From assembly GCA_964540995.1 (NCBI GenBank), contig CAZIOU010000002.1, positions 43,750 to 107,749 on the forward strand: a stretch of 64,000 bases of DNA, written 5' to 3'. Shown piece after piece: positions 46,592 through 55,417 of this stretch; position 1 is the first letter of the stretch; the number at the start of each line of letters is the position of its first letter. Both the position numbers and the translations under genes were made by a program. The notes below the pieces were generated by a model. The model saw only the letters and a list, made by a program, of their open reading frames with translations. It did no database searches and was not told the origin of the DNA. Source of the DNA: an uncultured Gammaproteobacteria bacterium. Lineage in GTDB: Bacteria; Patescibacteriota; Patescibacteriia; UBA1558; 2-01-FULL-52-15.

Positions 46592-47281
46592 ATGCCTAAA
46601 GAAAAAGTCGAAAAAACTCAAATATCTGACGATGAAGTTCGGTGGATAATGCTCCAATTTTTTTACGATAGAAATAAAAACGCTACCAGCCGCATCGGCA
46701 AAAAAGGATCGGCTGCCAAAATCAGTGACATACGAGCAGCACTAAAGAGCTCTCATGGATTAAAGAGCCAGGATGTCCAAAGTAATTTAACTTATCTGCT
46801 AAGTCAAAAATGGGTTGAAGAGATTACAATAAGTAAAAATTTCACAACCAAATCAGGCGTCGCCATACCCTCCAATACAAACTACTACATTATCAGTGCC
46901 GTTGGGATGGATAAAATTAGCGGGCCAAGTGAATTCACCAGAGACCGGTTCGAGGGTATAAAGATTGAAGCCACAGGACAAAACATCATCACTGTTGGAG
47001 ACGGAAATCAAGTAAACGCTGTGTTTGGAGAATTAAGTGAGGCTTTAGGCAAACTACGCCATGAAATAACAAAAGCAACGCCTTTGTCAGAATCTGATAA
47101 GTTGGAGGCTGTATCAGATATTGATACTATACAAGCGCAGCTCTCAAAATCACAACCGGACAAAACAATTATTGAAAGGGCGTGGGATAACATTAACAGA
47201 TTAGCCTCTGTGGTTCAGCTTGCCGATGCGGCTAAAAAAATCATTCCTATAATAGCAGCCCATCTCACCAAGTTACATTAA
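46592..47281 (+). CDS. Hypothetical protein with an N-terminal winged-helix-like region
   Basis: 229 aa. The N-terminus VRWIMLQFFYDRNKNATSRIGKKGSAAKISDIRAAL is wHTH-like. The C-terminal half is coiled/unknown. AT-rich. Confidence 0.5.
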   Translation: MPKEKVEKTQISDDEVRWIMLQFFYDRNKNATSRIGKKGSAAKISDIRAALKSSHGLKSQDVQSNLTYLLSQKWVEEITISKNFTTKSGVAIPSNTNYYIISAVGMDKISGPSEFTRDRFEGIKIEATGQNIITVGDGNQVNAVFGELSEALGKLRHEITKATPLSESDKLEAVSDIDTIQAQLSKSQPDKTIIERAWDNINRLASVVQLADAAKKIIPIIAAHLTKLH

Positions 47282-47339
47282 AGTATGTTCGCGACATCAC
47301 ATAACACCAGATATCCGATTCGCGAGCGAGATAATATTT

Positions 47340-47960
47340 ATGAAAAATAAATCAAAAAATTTATACCTTATACCTCAAATACCCGACGGGCAAAATATCA
47401 TTGGCCGTTTACTTGTAAGTATGTTTGGTGGCTTCGATGAAGTATTGGGCAAGGATGGACGAATATACTATATACTACTCTGTAGGTTGATAAACAAGGC
47501 GATATATGAGTACAGTATGGTCAATGAGTATTGTATTAAAGAAAGCACACCATCAGATGAAATATTTAGTCACAAAATTATTGATCATCTCGAAAACTGC
47601 GTTAATGCTGTACATCGGGCTAATTTACTAGCTATTGATATGGTAAATAGGAATAAATTACCGTCTAGTATCAATAAGAATCTTTTACTCCAAATCAAAA
47701 GAAAGTTAGCGAGTATCAAAGTTAAGGAAATTAGACATCGAATTGAGCACATGAATGAGGATCTCGCAAACATTGGAAAATACCCATTGAAAGGATCGCA
47801 TTCTGTGTATTTTGATGAGAAGAAAACTAGCCTTGTTATTAATAAACGTAAATTAACCCTCTCTGATTTAGCAAAGAATATTGACCTACTTCAAGGTTTT
47901 GTTGATCATATCAACATCTCCTTACCCAATAAAAGAACGGGAAATAAGTTCTATTATTAA
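47340..47960 (+). CDS. Hypothetical protein with a HEPN-like Rx4H motif
   Basis: 206 aa. EIRHRIEHMNEDL contains R-x4-H. AT-rich. Confidence 0.45.
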   Translation: MKNKSKNLYLIPQIPDGQNIIGRLLVSMFGGFDEVLGKDGRIYYILLCRLINKAIYEYSMVNEYCIKESTPSDEIFSHKIIDHLENCVNAVHRANLLAIDMVNRNKLPSSINKNLLLQIKRKLASIKVKEIRHRIEHMNEDLANIGKYPLKGSHSVYFDEKKTSLVINKRKLTLSDLAKNIDLLQGFVDHINISLPNKRTGNKFYY

Positions 47961-48116
47961 AAATTTATATTATCTCGCTCGCTCATCTACATCCATCCCC
48001 TTCTCGCACGATGTTGGCCTTCACCCTTCGCTAAAGCTTCGGGTGACAAGTACGGGACTTCTCATATCCTGGCCAGTTGTGCAAAATCGCGCTTATATAT
48101 TAGTAATAAAATTTTT

Positions 48117-48371
48117 ATGGAAAACCGAAAATCAAAGTGGGATTTGCTGAGTGATGACAGAAAAAAGGAGTGTATTGCCGAAATCGTCGCCTTCTTTCAA
48201 AATAACCGCAATGAAACCATTGGAGTTATTGCCGCTCAAGAAGTATTTGATTTCTTCATGGAGGAAGTAGCTGAAGACATTTATAACAAAGCTATTGATG
48301 ATGCTAAGACAGCAGTAAAATTGAATTTTGAAAATCTTGAAGTTGATCTAGATTTGCTATTTAATAAGTGA
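48117..48371 (+). CDS. DUF2164-like small protein
   Basis: 84 aa. LSDDRKKECIAEIVAFFQNNRNETIGVIAAQEVFDFFMEEVAEDIYNKAIDDA fits the DUF2164 pattern as I recall it. Confidence 0.45.
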   Translation: MENRKSKWDLLSDDRKKECIAEIVAFFQNNRNETIGVIAAQEVFDFFMEEVAEDIYNKAIDDAKTAVKLNFENLEVDLDLLFNK

Positions 48372-48386
48372 GTCAAAGTTCTATAG

Positions 48387-48415
48387 AAAAAGCCACCGAA
48401 ATATCGGTGGCTTGT
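48387..48415. terminator. Bidirectional hairpin at the right edge of the island
   Basis: aaaa-agccaccga-aata-tcggtggct-tgtg between convergent genes. Confidence 0.55.
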
Positions 48416-48428
48416 GCCTGTCAAAACT

Positions 48429-48782
48429 CTATGTCAGTAACGATCGTCCCTCTTTCAAGGCGTCATCTTCTGCGTCAAAGATGAAGAGATCTTTCTCCAT
48501 TCGTACATGACGATAGAGCCGACGTAATTCTTCAGACATACAACACAGCAGCAACTTAGCCTTTCGTGTAAGATGACTCCTGTGAGCATGAACGAGAGCT
48601 ACGGCACCGTCCGCAGAAACGAATGTCAGTCCACGTAGATTCACTACCACCGGTGGTACTGGCTTAAGCTCATATATTGAGTGTAGCCTCTGACCCAAAG
48701 CAATGGTGGTAAATGTATCCCAAGCAGTTTCAGTAAAATAAAGAACTACTACTCCTTCTCGATCGATCTGCTCTACGGCCAT
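48429..48782 (-). CDS. STAS-domain protein
   Basis: 117 aa from MAVEQIDREGVVVLYF. STAS-like. Confidence 0.55.
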   Translation of the reverse strand: MAVEQIDREGVVVLYFTETAWDTFTTIALGQRLHSIYELKPVPPVVVNLRGLTFVSADGAVALVHAHRSHLTRKAKLLLCCMSEELRRLYRHVRMEKDLFIFDAEDDALKEGRSLLT

Positions 48783-48923
48783 TTGAGGCTCCTTGTCGCG
48801 AGAGGTGTAAAGAAAAAGTAATCTCAGACCAAAGTACACCACTCAAGTATAGCTGTCAATCAAAAAAATGCACCCGCCGGGAAACCCAGCGGGTGCTTAG
48901 TGATTTACACGACAATCGACCGA

Positions 48924-49610
48924 TCAGATGGTCTCAATCTCCTCAAGAATGGTATTAACCTTGGTGATGACGAAAATCTGTCGCACTCTCCGAGGTACTT
49001 TATAGACGATGCAGCCTTTATGGCATTCTTTGGCTGCGATGTAGATAACAATCAGAGTACCAAGACCATTGTTGCTGATGAACTGCGTGCCCTGCAGATC
49101 AAGTACCAGTCGTTGTATCTTCGGATTCTTCAGATGCTCCTTACAATCCTCGACGAACTTCTCTCCATCAGGTCCGCCCATCAGATTACCAACAACATGG
49201 ATGACCATTGAATCACCCTGTTGCTCTGACTTAAAGCTCCTCCTCTCTTGATCGACGCCTGAGGACCGGTAATTTTCGTCATGTGCGTCGGCCAACGTAG
49301 GACGGATATCTAGAATAATATTAAGTTTGGTTGCTTCGAAGATACTTTTCACCGATCTCTGCACCCTGCATAAGATGAGTGATCTTGGGGTATTCTGCAC
49401 AGAACCTTGAGCGTTCACCAAGATACCCAAAGCATTCGAAGTGAGATAACTTACTGTGTGAAGATCCAAGATGATCTTGGTAATTTCACGATTAGCCAGA
49501 AGTTCATCGATGGCCTCTTGGAGTTTGACCGTATTCAGTTCACTCCACAAGGCCACAATCGGTGTCACGGTGGCAGTAGATCCTTGGATCTCGACTTTGA
49601 TCTCTGACAT
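48924..49610 (-). CDS. Tandem STAS-domain protein
   Basis: 228 aa with two STAS-like halves: MSEIKVEIQGSTATVTPIV... and GDSMVIHVVGNLMGGPDGEKF... Confidence 0.55.
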   Translation of the reverse strand: MSEIKVEIQGSTATVTPIVALWSELNTVKLQEAIDELLANREITKIILDLHTVSYLTSNALGILVNAQGSVQNTPRSLILCRVQRSVKSIFEATKLNIILDIRPTLADAHDENYRSSGVDQERRSFKSEQQGDSMVIHVVGNLMGGPDGEKFVEDCKEHLKNPKIQRLVLDLQGTQFISNNGLGTLIVIYIAAKECHKGCIVYKVPRRVRQIFVITKVNTILEEIETI

Positions 49611-49618
49611 CTACCCTC

Positions 49619-50209
49619 CTAGGAAAGGTTTGGTTGCTTGGTCTGGCCCGATCGGCTACCGATATAGGCACCAAGGACGAATAAAGCTGAGATAATCTGC
49701 TGTACCACCATCACTGTCCGGTGTTGACGATACATCAGTAAGGCACAGCTGCCATTCATCAGCAAGAACCAGAGGTAACCGGTATTGTGTCGCCGAGCCA
49801 GAAACCAGGTACCGGCCAAGAATCCGATCACCATAGCTATCTCGAGAACCTGATTGATAGTACGGATGCCGTGATTATCAACGAAGCTAAGCGCTACTCC
49901 CAGCGGGATCATCAGTCGGACAAACCAGTCGATCCATTCATAGCTGCGAGACTGACTCTTCCAACTATTGATCACTCCCAAGATCATGGCCGGACCAGCA
50001 GCGGCTTCGAGGAAGACGGCGATCCAGTTACGACTCACCGCAAATAGTACGATGATAAAGGGTAGCCCTAGGCAGTAGCTGAGCCATGCCAATAGCATCA
50101 ATCGATCTTTCTTGAGCTTCAGGCGTGGTAGCTCTGAAAAGAAGAACCCCACCTTGGCTAACAGATAGAAACTGCCACCAGCAATCTGCAGGACTGTATC
50201 AAGCACCAA
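49619..50209 (-). CDS. Hypothetical polytopic membrane protein
   Basis: 196 aa with about 6 TM helices. TTG start in the track. Confidence 0.45.
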   Translation of the reverse strand: MVLDTVLQIAGGSFYLLAKVGFFFSELPRLKLKKDRLMLLAWLSYCLGLPFIIVLFAVSRNWIAVFLEAAAGPAMILGVINSWKSQSRSYEWIDWFVRLMIPLGVALSFVDNHGIRTINQVLEIAMVIGFLAGTWFLARRHNTGYLWFLLMNGSCALLMYRQHRTVMVVQQIISALFVLGAYIGSRSGQTKQPNLS

Positions 50210-50342
50210 AACCTCCTTAGAGTGTCTGTGTGAATATTCAAATGTAAGGAACCAGTTGATTCCGAAGACTACAATTATTTATCACTATTGTCAACGCTTT
50301 GACAGTTGACGCCACCGAAGTTAACCGCTACACTCCTCTGTT

Positions 50343-51308
50343 ATGCATGACCATCAAATAGAAGCTAATGCCATCAAACAGACTATTGATCAGAGTCGCC
50401 AGATTTTAATTATTTCTCATCGGTCACCTGATGGCGACACCGTCGGCGCTGCCACTGCTCTAGCAGAGACACTTCTAACTCAAGGCAAAGAGGTGCAGCT
50501 TTTCTGTGCTGATCCATTGCCGCTCTATCTCCGCTATCTGCCCAATGCTCATCGCTATAGTACTGATGAGCGCGTATTTGATCTGCATTTTGATCTCGTC
50601 ATTGTCGTTGATAGCGGCAACTTACTCTATGCTGGTGTCGATACACTGGCACCCAAGTTATCCGGCACTCCTCCACTCGTTAACATTGATCATCATGTGA
50701 CCAATACTTTGTACGGCCACCACAATCTAGTAGTAGTCGCTGCCAGCTCGGCCTGCGAGATCGTCGGGCGACTGCTGCGTCATTGGAACATTGATATTAC
50801 TGAGCGTATGGCCAACTGTCTCATCACCGGCATTGTGACTGATACCAGCGGACTACGTAATCCCGCCACCAAGCACACAACTCTCGAAATTGCCGGCTAC
50901 CTGACACGACGCGGAGCTGATATCAATCACGTCTATCGACTGACGCATCATCAGAAAACAGTCGATCAACTTCGACTGTGGGGACTAGCCTTGTCACGAC
51001 TTAAGAAAAGCCAAACTCTGAATCTTGTCACTACCTACATCAATGACCAAGATCTCCAAGAATACGGTCTGACGGCAGACAGCTTAGAAGGTCTAGCCAA
51101 CTATCTGGCTGTGCTCCATGAGGCGGAGATCATCATGGTACTGAAGCAGAAAGACGATGTCGTCCATGGATCGCTACGCACTCCTTTCGATCATGTCGAT
51201 GTCAGCAAATTGGCGCAAGCACTAGGTGGTGGCGGGCACAAGAAGTCGGCGGGGTTTACCGTCACTGGTAAACTAGTGATGCAGAATGATAGATTGTCGG
51301 TTGAATAA
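50343..51308 (+). CDS. nrnA: DHH-family phosphoesterase NrnA (oligoribonuclease/pAp phosphatase)
   Basis: ILIISHRSPDGDTVGAATALA and LVNIDHHVTN carry the intact DHH motifs. A DHHA1-like C-terminus with GGGHKKSAG is present. Confidence 0.8.
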   Translation: MHDHQIEANAIKQTIDQSRQILIISHRSPDGDTVGAATALAETLLTQGKEVQLFCADPLPLYLRYLPNAHRYSTDERVFDLHFDLVIVVDSGNLLYAGVDTLAPKLSGTPPLVNIDHHVTNTLYGHHNLVVVAASSACEIVGRLLRHWNIDITERMANCLITGIVTDTSGLRNPATKHTTLEIAGYLTRRGADINHVYRLTHHQKTVDQLRLWGLALSRLKKSQTLNLVTTYINDQDLQEYGLTADSLEGLANYLAVLHEAEIIMVLKQKDDVVHGSLRTPFDHVDVSKLAQALGGGGHKKSAGFTVTGKLVMQNDRLSVE

Positions 51309-51539
51309 CATCGCAAGAAAGATTCAAGCTACAATAACCAATAATCAAACAATAACAAATATCCAATACCGAGAGTCGGTTTATATTTGAACTCGTCCAT
51401 TAAATATTGTTTCTTGATTATTATTTATTGTTTGAGTATTGAAACTTAAATATTGTTTGGAAATTGTGACTTGATTATTGATTATTCGTTATCCCCTCTC
51501 TCTTGACCTCTCCCTTTAATATGATAGATTAACGCTACT

Positions 51540-52115
51540 ATGTTACTCATCCCAACCGTCATCGAGAAATCCACCTACGGCGAGCGATCGTACGATATTT
51601 ATTCACGTTTACTCAAAGAACGTATCATTTTCCTCGGCAGTGAAATCGACGAAAACGTCGCCAATAGCGTCGTCGCCCAGCTTCTCTTCTTGGCCTCCCA
51701 GAGCGACACCAAAGATATCAAGATCTACATCAATTCACCGGGCGGCTCAGTCACTGATGGCTTAGCTATCTTGGATACGATGCAACACGTGAAGCCTGAC
51801 GTCTCAACCATCTGTGTCGGCATGGCTGCTAGTATGGCCGCAATACTGCTAGCCGGTGGCGCCAAAGGCAAACGCTTCGCCTTACCCAATTCCGAAATTC
51901 TCATCCACCAACCGATGGGCGGTACCCATGGCCAGGCTTCTGATATCAAGATCCGCGCCGAACACATGCTCAAGCTCAAAGACCGTCTTAATGTCATCTT
52001 ACAGAAACAGACTGGTCAACGATTGGACAAGATCGAACGAGACACTGATCGTGATTATTTCATGAGTGCCGAGGAAGCAGTTGATTACGGACTCTTGGAT
52101 AAAATTATTAAATAA
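51540..52115 (+). CDS. clpP: ATP-dependent Clp protease proteolytic subunit
   Basis: [40 protein letters not shown] (catalytic Ser) and ILIHQP (catalytic His). Confidence 0.9.
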   Translation: MLLIPTVIEKSTYGERSYDIYSRLLKERIIFLGSEIDENVANSVVAQLLFLASQSDTKDIKIYINSPGGSVTDGLAILDTMQHVKPDVSTICVGMAASMAAILLAGGAKGKRFALPNSEILIHQPMGGTHGQASDIKIRAEHMLKLKDRLNVILQKQTGQRLDKIERDTDRDYFMSAEEAVDYGLLDKIIK

Positions 52116-52174
52116 ACCCAGCCTCAACTAAACGAGTTGAGGCTCTTGTTTACAGTCGGTTCTTTCTACTTGAG

Positions 52175-52411
52175 GTGAAGATGGCTGCTCTAGAAGAGAA
52201 GCGCTGGCATCGGGCTCCGATCGCGAAGTTACGCCGCCAAGCTCGGTTGCAAAAGGTCGCCCGTGAACATCTGGCCGCAACAATCGGAATTATGATCGGC
52301 TCAGGATCATTTCTGGCCTATTATTTGAACGCTCCAGATTTCATCGTTGGGTTATTGATGTTCATAGGATTGACGATTCTCACTATCACCCACTTCTGCA
52401 GTCGTAGCTGA
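52175..52411 (+). CDS. Small hypothetical membrane protein
   Basis: 78 aa. GTG start. One or two TM helices. Confidence 0.35.
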   Translation: MKMAALEEKRWHRAPIAKLRRQARLQKVAREHLAATIGIMIGSGSFLAYYLNAPDFIVGLLMFIGLTILTITHFCSRS

Positions 52412-52835
52412 CATGGACATCAATTTCCAAAGCCTTACCCGACTCATCAGAGACGGATTTACCTTTGGGATAATCATCGCTATTGCCTGTCTGATCATAT
52501 TCGTGTTTGGTCGTTATCTGTTTCGGCGGCGATCATGAGCACGACACCATAGGAGCCTCGCGCCCACTCGGCACGCGGCTCTTTTTATTACTCAAAACTA
52601 CACTCCTATATAGGTGAGCTTGCCCGCCGACCTGTCCCCCGAAGCCTTGGCGTAGGGGGAAGCTTTCTTGCCTGCCGTAGCATCGGCGAAGGCAGGAGCG
52701 AAGGCGGGTCCGACATAATAGTACGACGGCTGATGGAGCAGTGGATAACTGGGTCTTGAAATAATTTACCAATCAGGTACACTTAGACCCAGAAAAACAG
52801 GGGTAGTCCTTACAAACGGGACGCGCAATACTCCT

Positions 52836-52874
52836 GTTATTTTCTTTGCCGTAAATTACGGCAAAGAAAATAAC
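52836..52874. repeat. Perfect 39-nt palindrome (19+1+19)
   Basis: gttattttctttgccgtaa-a-ttacggcaaagaaaataac. Coordinates accurate to about 2 nt. Confidence 0.7.
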
Positions 52875-52962
52875 CCGCCGAGATCCTAATGAGACACCAG
52901 CGGGTAATCGTGAATCGCCAACAAAGATATTGTCGGCGACTACTACCAAAAAGGAGGTTGCT

Positions 52963-53601
52963 ATGAAACAGGGACTGTTCTTTGTTTTAGCTTTGGCTTT
53001 GGCTGCCTGTCAGACCGAAGCCCCTACTACTCCACCGCTACAATTACGAGTTCAGGACTTGTCAGCTGACGATCATCTGATGCAGACACTGGATCACCAG
53101 CACTTCTTCGAGACCATCTCACCCAATGCTGGTTGGATCGATCATGATCATCCCTACTACGCCAACGATGGTCAGCGCGAATTCGTCTTCATCGATCTGG
53201 AAGCTGCTGACGAACATCGTACGCTCGTCATTATCTTCCGTCAGCAGCAGCCTGTCGCAGCCACCATCATCGGCTATGCTCCGATCGAGTCCTGCTATGA
53301 AGATGAGCCAGATCAATCTGCTACTGATGGCTATGTCTTCGTCTATGACCTGTCACAAGGCGTTCGTTGCCTGATGAACTACTTCACCGGTCAAAACCTG
53401 ACATCATCTGAGGAGCTCCCGAGCGACCAAAGACAAAGTCTCGATCTACTGAGTCATGAGTCTCAGCGTCAGTGCCTGACTAGCTACTTCCAGCACAAAC
53501 CACAAGGGCTTAACTGTCACTTGCTGACTGAGCTAGATATCTTGCCGCGGATGCAGTACGTGGCTGACGACGTCAGTCAGATAGTAGATTGCCTGCCGTA
53601 A
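52963..53601 (+). CDS. His-rich lipoprotein
   Basis: Shine-Dalgarno AAGGAGG, then MKQGLFFVLALALAAC with a LAAC lipobox. Has HQHFFETI and IDHDHPYY segments. The track starts the ORF at the TTG at 52930. Confidence 0.6.
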   Translation: MKQGLFFVLALALAACQTEAPTTPPLQLRVQDLSADDHLMQTLDHQHFFETISPNAGWIDHDHPYYANDGQREFVFIDLEAADEHRTLVIIFRQQQPVAATIIGYAPIESCYEDEPDQSATDGYVFVYDLSQGVRCLMNYFTGQNLTSSEELPSDQRQSLDLLSHESQRQCLTSYFQHKPQGLNCHLLTELDILPRMQYVADDVSQIVDCLP

Positions 53602-53606
53602 TCAGG

Positions 53607-53636
53607 GCCGCCGAGCTTAGCTCGGCGGCTTCTTTA
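53607..53636 (+). terminator. Rho-independent terminator
   Basis: gccgccgagc-tta-gctcggcggc followed by ttcttt. Confidence 0.7.
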
Positions 53637-53902
53637 CAAATAGCCCCATAATCAGTCCAAGCTTGTCAGCAAGGCAGGCGCATGTTAGTATGCTTACGCT
53701 AGATTATATCGACCAATAAGTCATTAATTTAGCTAATTTAAGCCATAATCTGTTTCGATTGTTGAAGGGTAAAGTCTGAATTCGCATGTTCTCAATTTTC
53801 GTATCTATCGTTAGCGCGTCAGCCAGTTCAGCCTCATAGACTCCGAGTAACGCTCGGCTAGTATCTTTATACTTCACTATCGGGACAGTCTAATATCTGT
53901 CT

Positions 53903-55417
53903 ATGTTATTTATTTACCTCCTGATTGCAGTGGTCCTCGGAGCCGTCATTGGTTTCGTGGCCAAGAAGATCGCTACCCAGCGAAGCATTGAGTCAGCCGA
54001 GCGCAAAGCGCATGAGCTGATCGAAGATGCCAAAAATAAGCAGAAGCAAGCCTTACTCGACAGTAAGGATCAAGCTTTGAAAATTATCGAAGAAGCCAAA
54101 CAAGAAGAGAAAACTCGTCGTCGCGAAATTCAAGATATGCAAGATCACTTGCAAAAGCGCGAGACTATGTTTGATACCAAGATTCTCGAATTCGAAGGCA
54201 AACAACAGAAACTCTATGAACAGCTGGAGAAAATGGAATCAGCTAAAGAAGAAGTCAAGAAAATTCGTGAAGAGCAGCTAGCCAAGTTAGAAAAAATTGC
54301 CAACTTACGTCAGGATGAAGCCAAACAGGTACTGATGCAAAATCTGGAAATGCGCAGCAAAGATGAATTACTGGCTCGCATGCGCAAATTGGAACTCGAA
54401 GCCAATGATGAATTGGAACGCAAATCCAAAACAATCTTAAGCACCGTGATGCAACGAGTTGCTTCTAATCATACATCCGAAAGTACGACTCTGATCGTTC
54501 CGCTAACGAGCGACGAGATGAAAGGACGCATCATCGGACGTGAAGGTCGCAATATCAAAACCATCGAACAACTCACTGGCGTCGAAATCATCGTCGATGA
54601 TACTCCGGAAAGTATCATGATTTCTGGTTTCAATCCTATTCGCCGTCACTTAGCCAAACGAGTCCTCGAACAACTGATGGTTGACGGTCGTATCCACCCA
54701 GCCCGCATCGAAGAAGTGGTCGCTCAAGCCAAGAAAGATCTCGCCGCCGATATCACCAAAGCCGGTGAAGAAGCCGCTTACGAAGCCGGTGTGGTCGGAC
54801 TTGATCCCAAATTGGTCCAGATCCTCGGTCGGCTCAAATACCGCACCAGCTACGGACAGAATCAATTACGACATGCGCTCGAAGTCTGTCATCTCTCCAC
54901 CTTACTGGCTCAAGAGCTCAAGGCTGACGTCACTGTCTGTCGCAAAGGTGGCTTGTTGCACGATATTGGTAAAGCGCTCGATCACGAAATCCAAGGTGGC
55001 CATCCAGAAATTGGTTATGACTTGATGAAGAAATTTGGTTTACCGGAAGAAATTGCCTATATGGCTATTGCCCATCACGAAGACAACCCCAAGACTTTGG
55101 AAGGAGTCATCGTGAAGATCGCCGACGCTATCTCTGGCTCTCGTCCAGGTGCTCGTCGCGATACTTATGAGAACTATGTCAAACGTCTAGAAGAACTAGA
55201 AGGTGTAGCCAATAGCTTCGAAGGTGTCGACAAGAGCTACGCCATCCAAGCTGGTCGTGAAATCCGTGTCTTCATCAATCCAGAAAATATGGATGACTAT
55301 CAGATGAAAACCTTAGCCCGCGACATCGCTACCAAGATTGAGAACGAACTCAAATATCCAGGTGAGATCAAAGTCACCGCCATTCGTGAGAAACGTGTCG
55401 TCGAATATGCCCGCTAA
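53903..55417 (+). CDS. rny: Ribonuclease Y
   Basis: N-terminal TM and coiled coil; KH domain GRIIGREGRNIKTIEQLTGVEIIVDD; HD domain GLLHDIGKA...HHED. A TTGTCA-17-TAGTAT promoter lies at about 53650-53685, leaving a 5' leader of roughly 200 nt. Confidence 0.9.
   Translation: MLFIYLLIAVVLGAVIGFVAKKIATQRSIESAERKAHELIEDAKNKQKQALLDSKDQALKIIEEAKQEEKTRRREIQDMQDHLQKRETMFDTKILEFEGKQQKLYEQLEKMESAKEEVKKIREEQLAKLEKIANLRQDEAKQVLMQNLEMRSKDELLARMRKLELEANDELERKSKTILSTVMQRVASNHTSESTTLIVPLTSDEMKGRIIGREGRNIKTIEQLTGVEIIVDDTPESIMISGFNPIRRHLAKRVLEQLMVDGRIHPARIEEVVAQAKKDLAADITKAGEEAAYEAGVVGLDPKLVQILGRLKYRTSYGQNQLRHALEVCHLSTLLAQELKADVTVCRKGGLLHDIGKALDHEIQGGHPEIGYDLMKKFGLPEEIAYMAIAHHEDNPKTLEGVIVKIADAISGSRPGARRDTYENYVKRLEELEGVANSFEGVDKSYAIQAGREIRVFINPENMDDYQMKTLARDIATKIENELKYPGEIKVTAIREKRVVEYAR

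Noticed and set aside
46238-46657. 139-aa minus-strand ORF spanning the helicase 3' end, the GC-rich element and the start of the next gene
   Set aside because: It overlaps two better-supported plus-strand genes and the palindromic element. Its Arg/Ser-rich composition is that of an antisense artefact.
52533-52772. 79-aa Arg-rich minus-strand ORF in the GC-rich structured region
   Set aside because: Its composition (RTRLRSCLRRCYGRQ) is typical of a reading frame through a GC-rich palindromic RNA or DNA element. It has no Shine-Dalgarno or promoter context.
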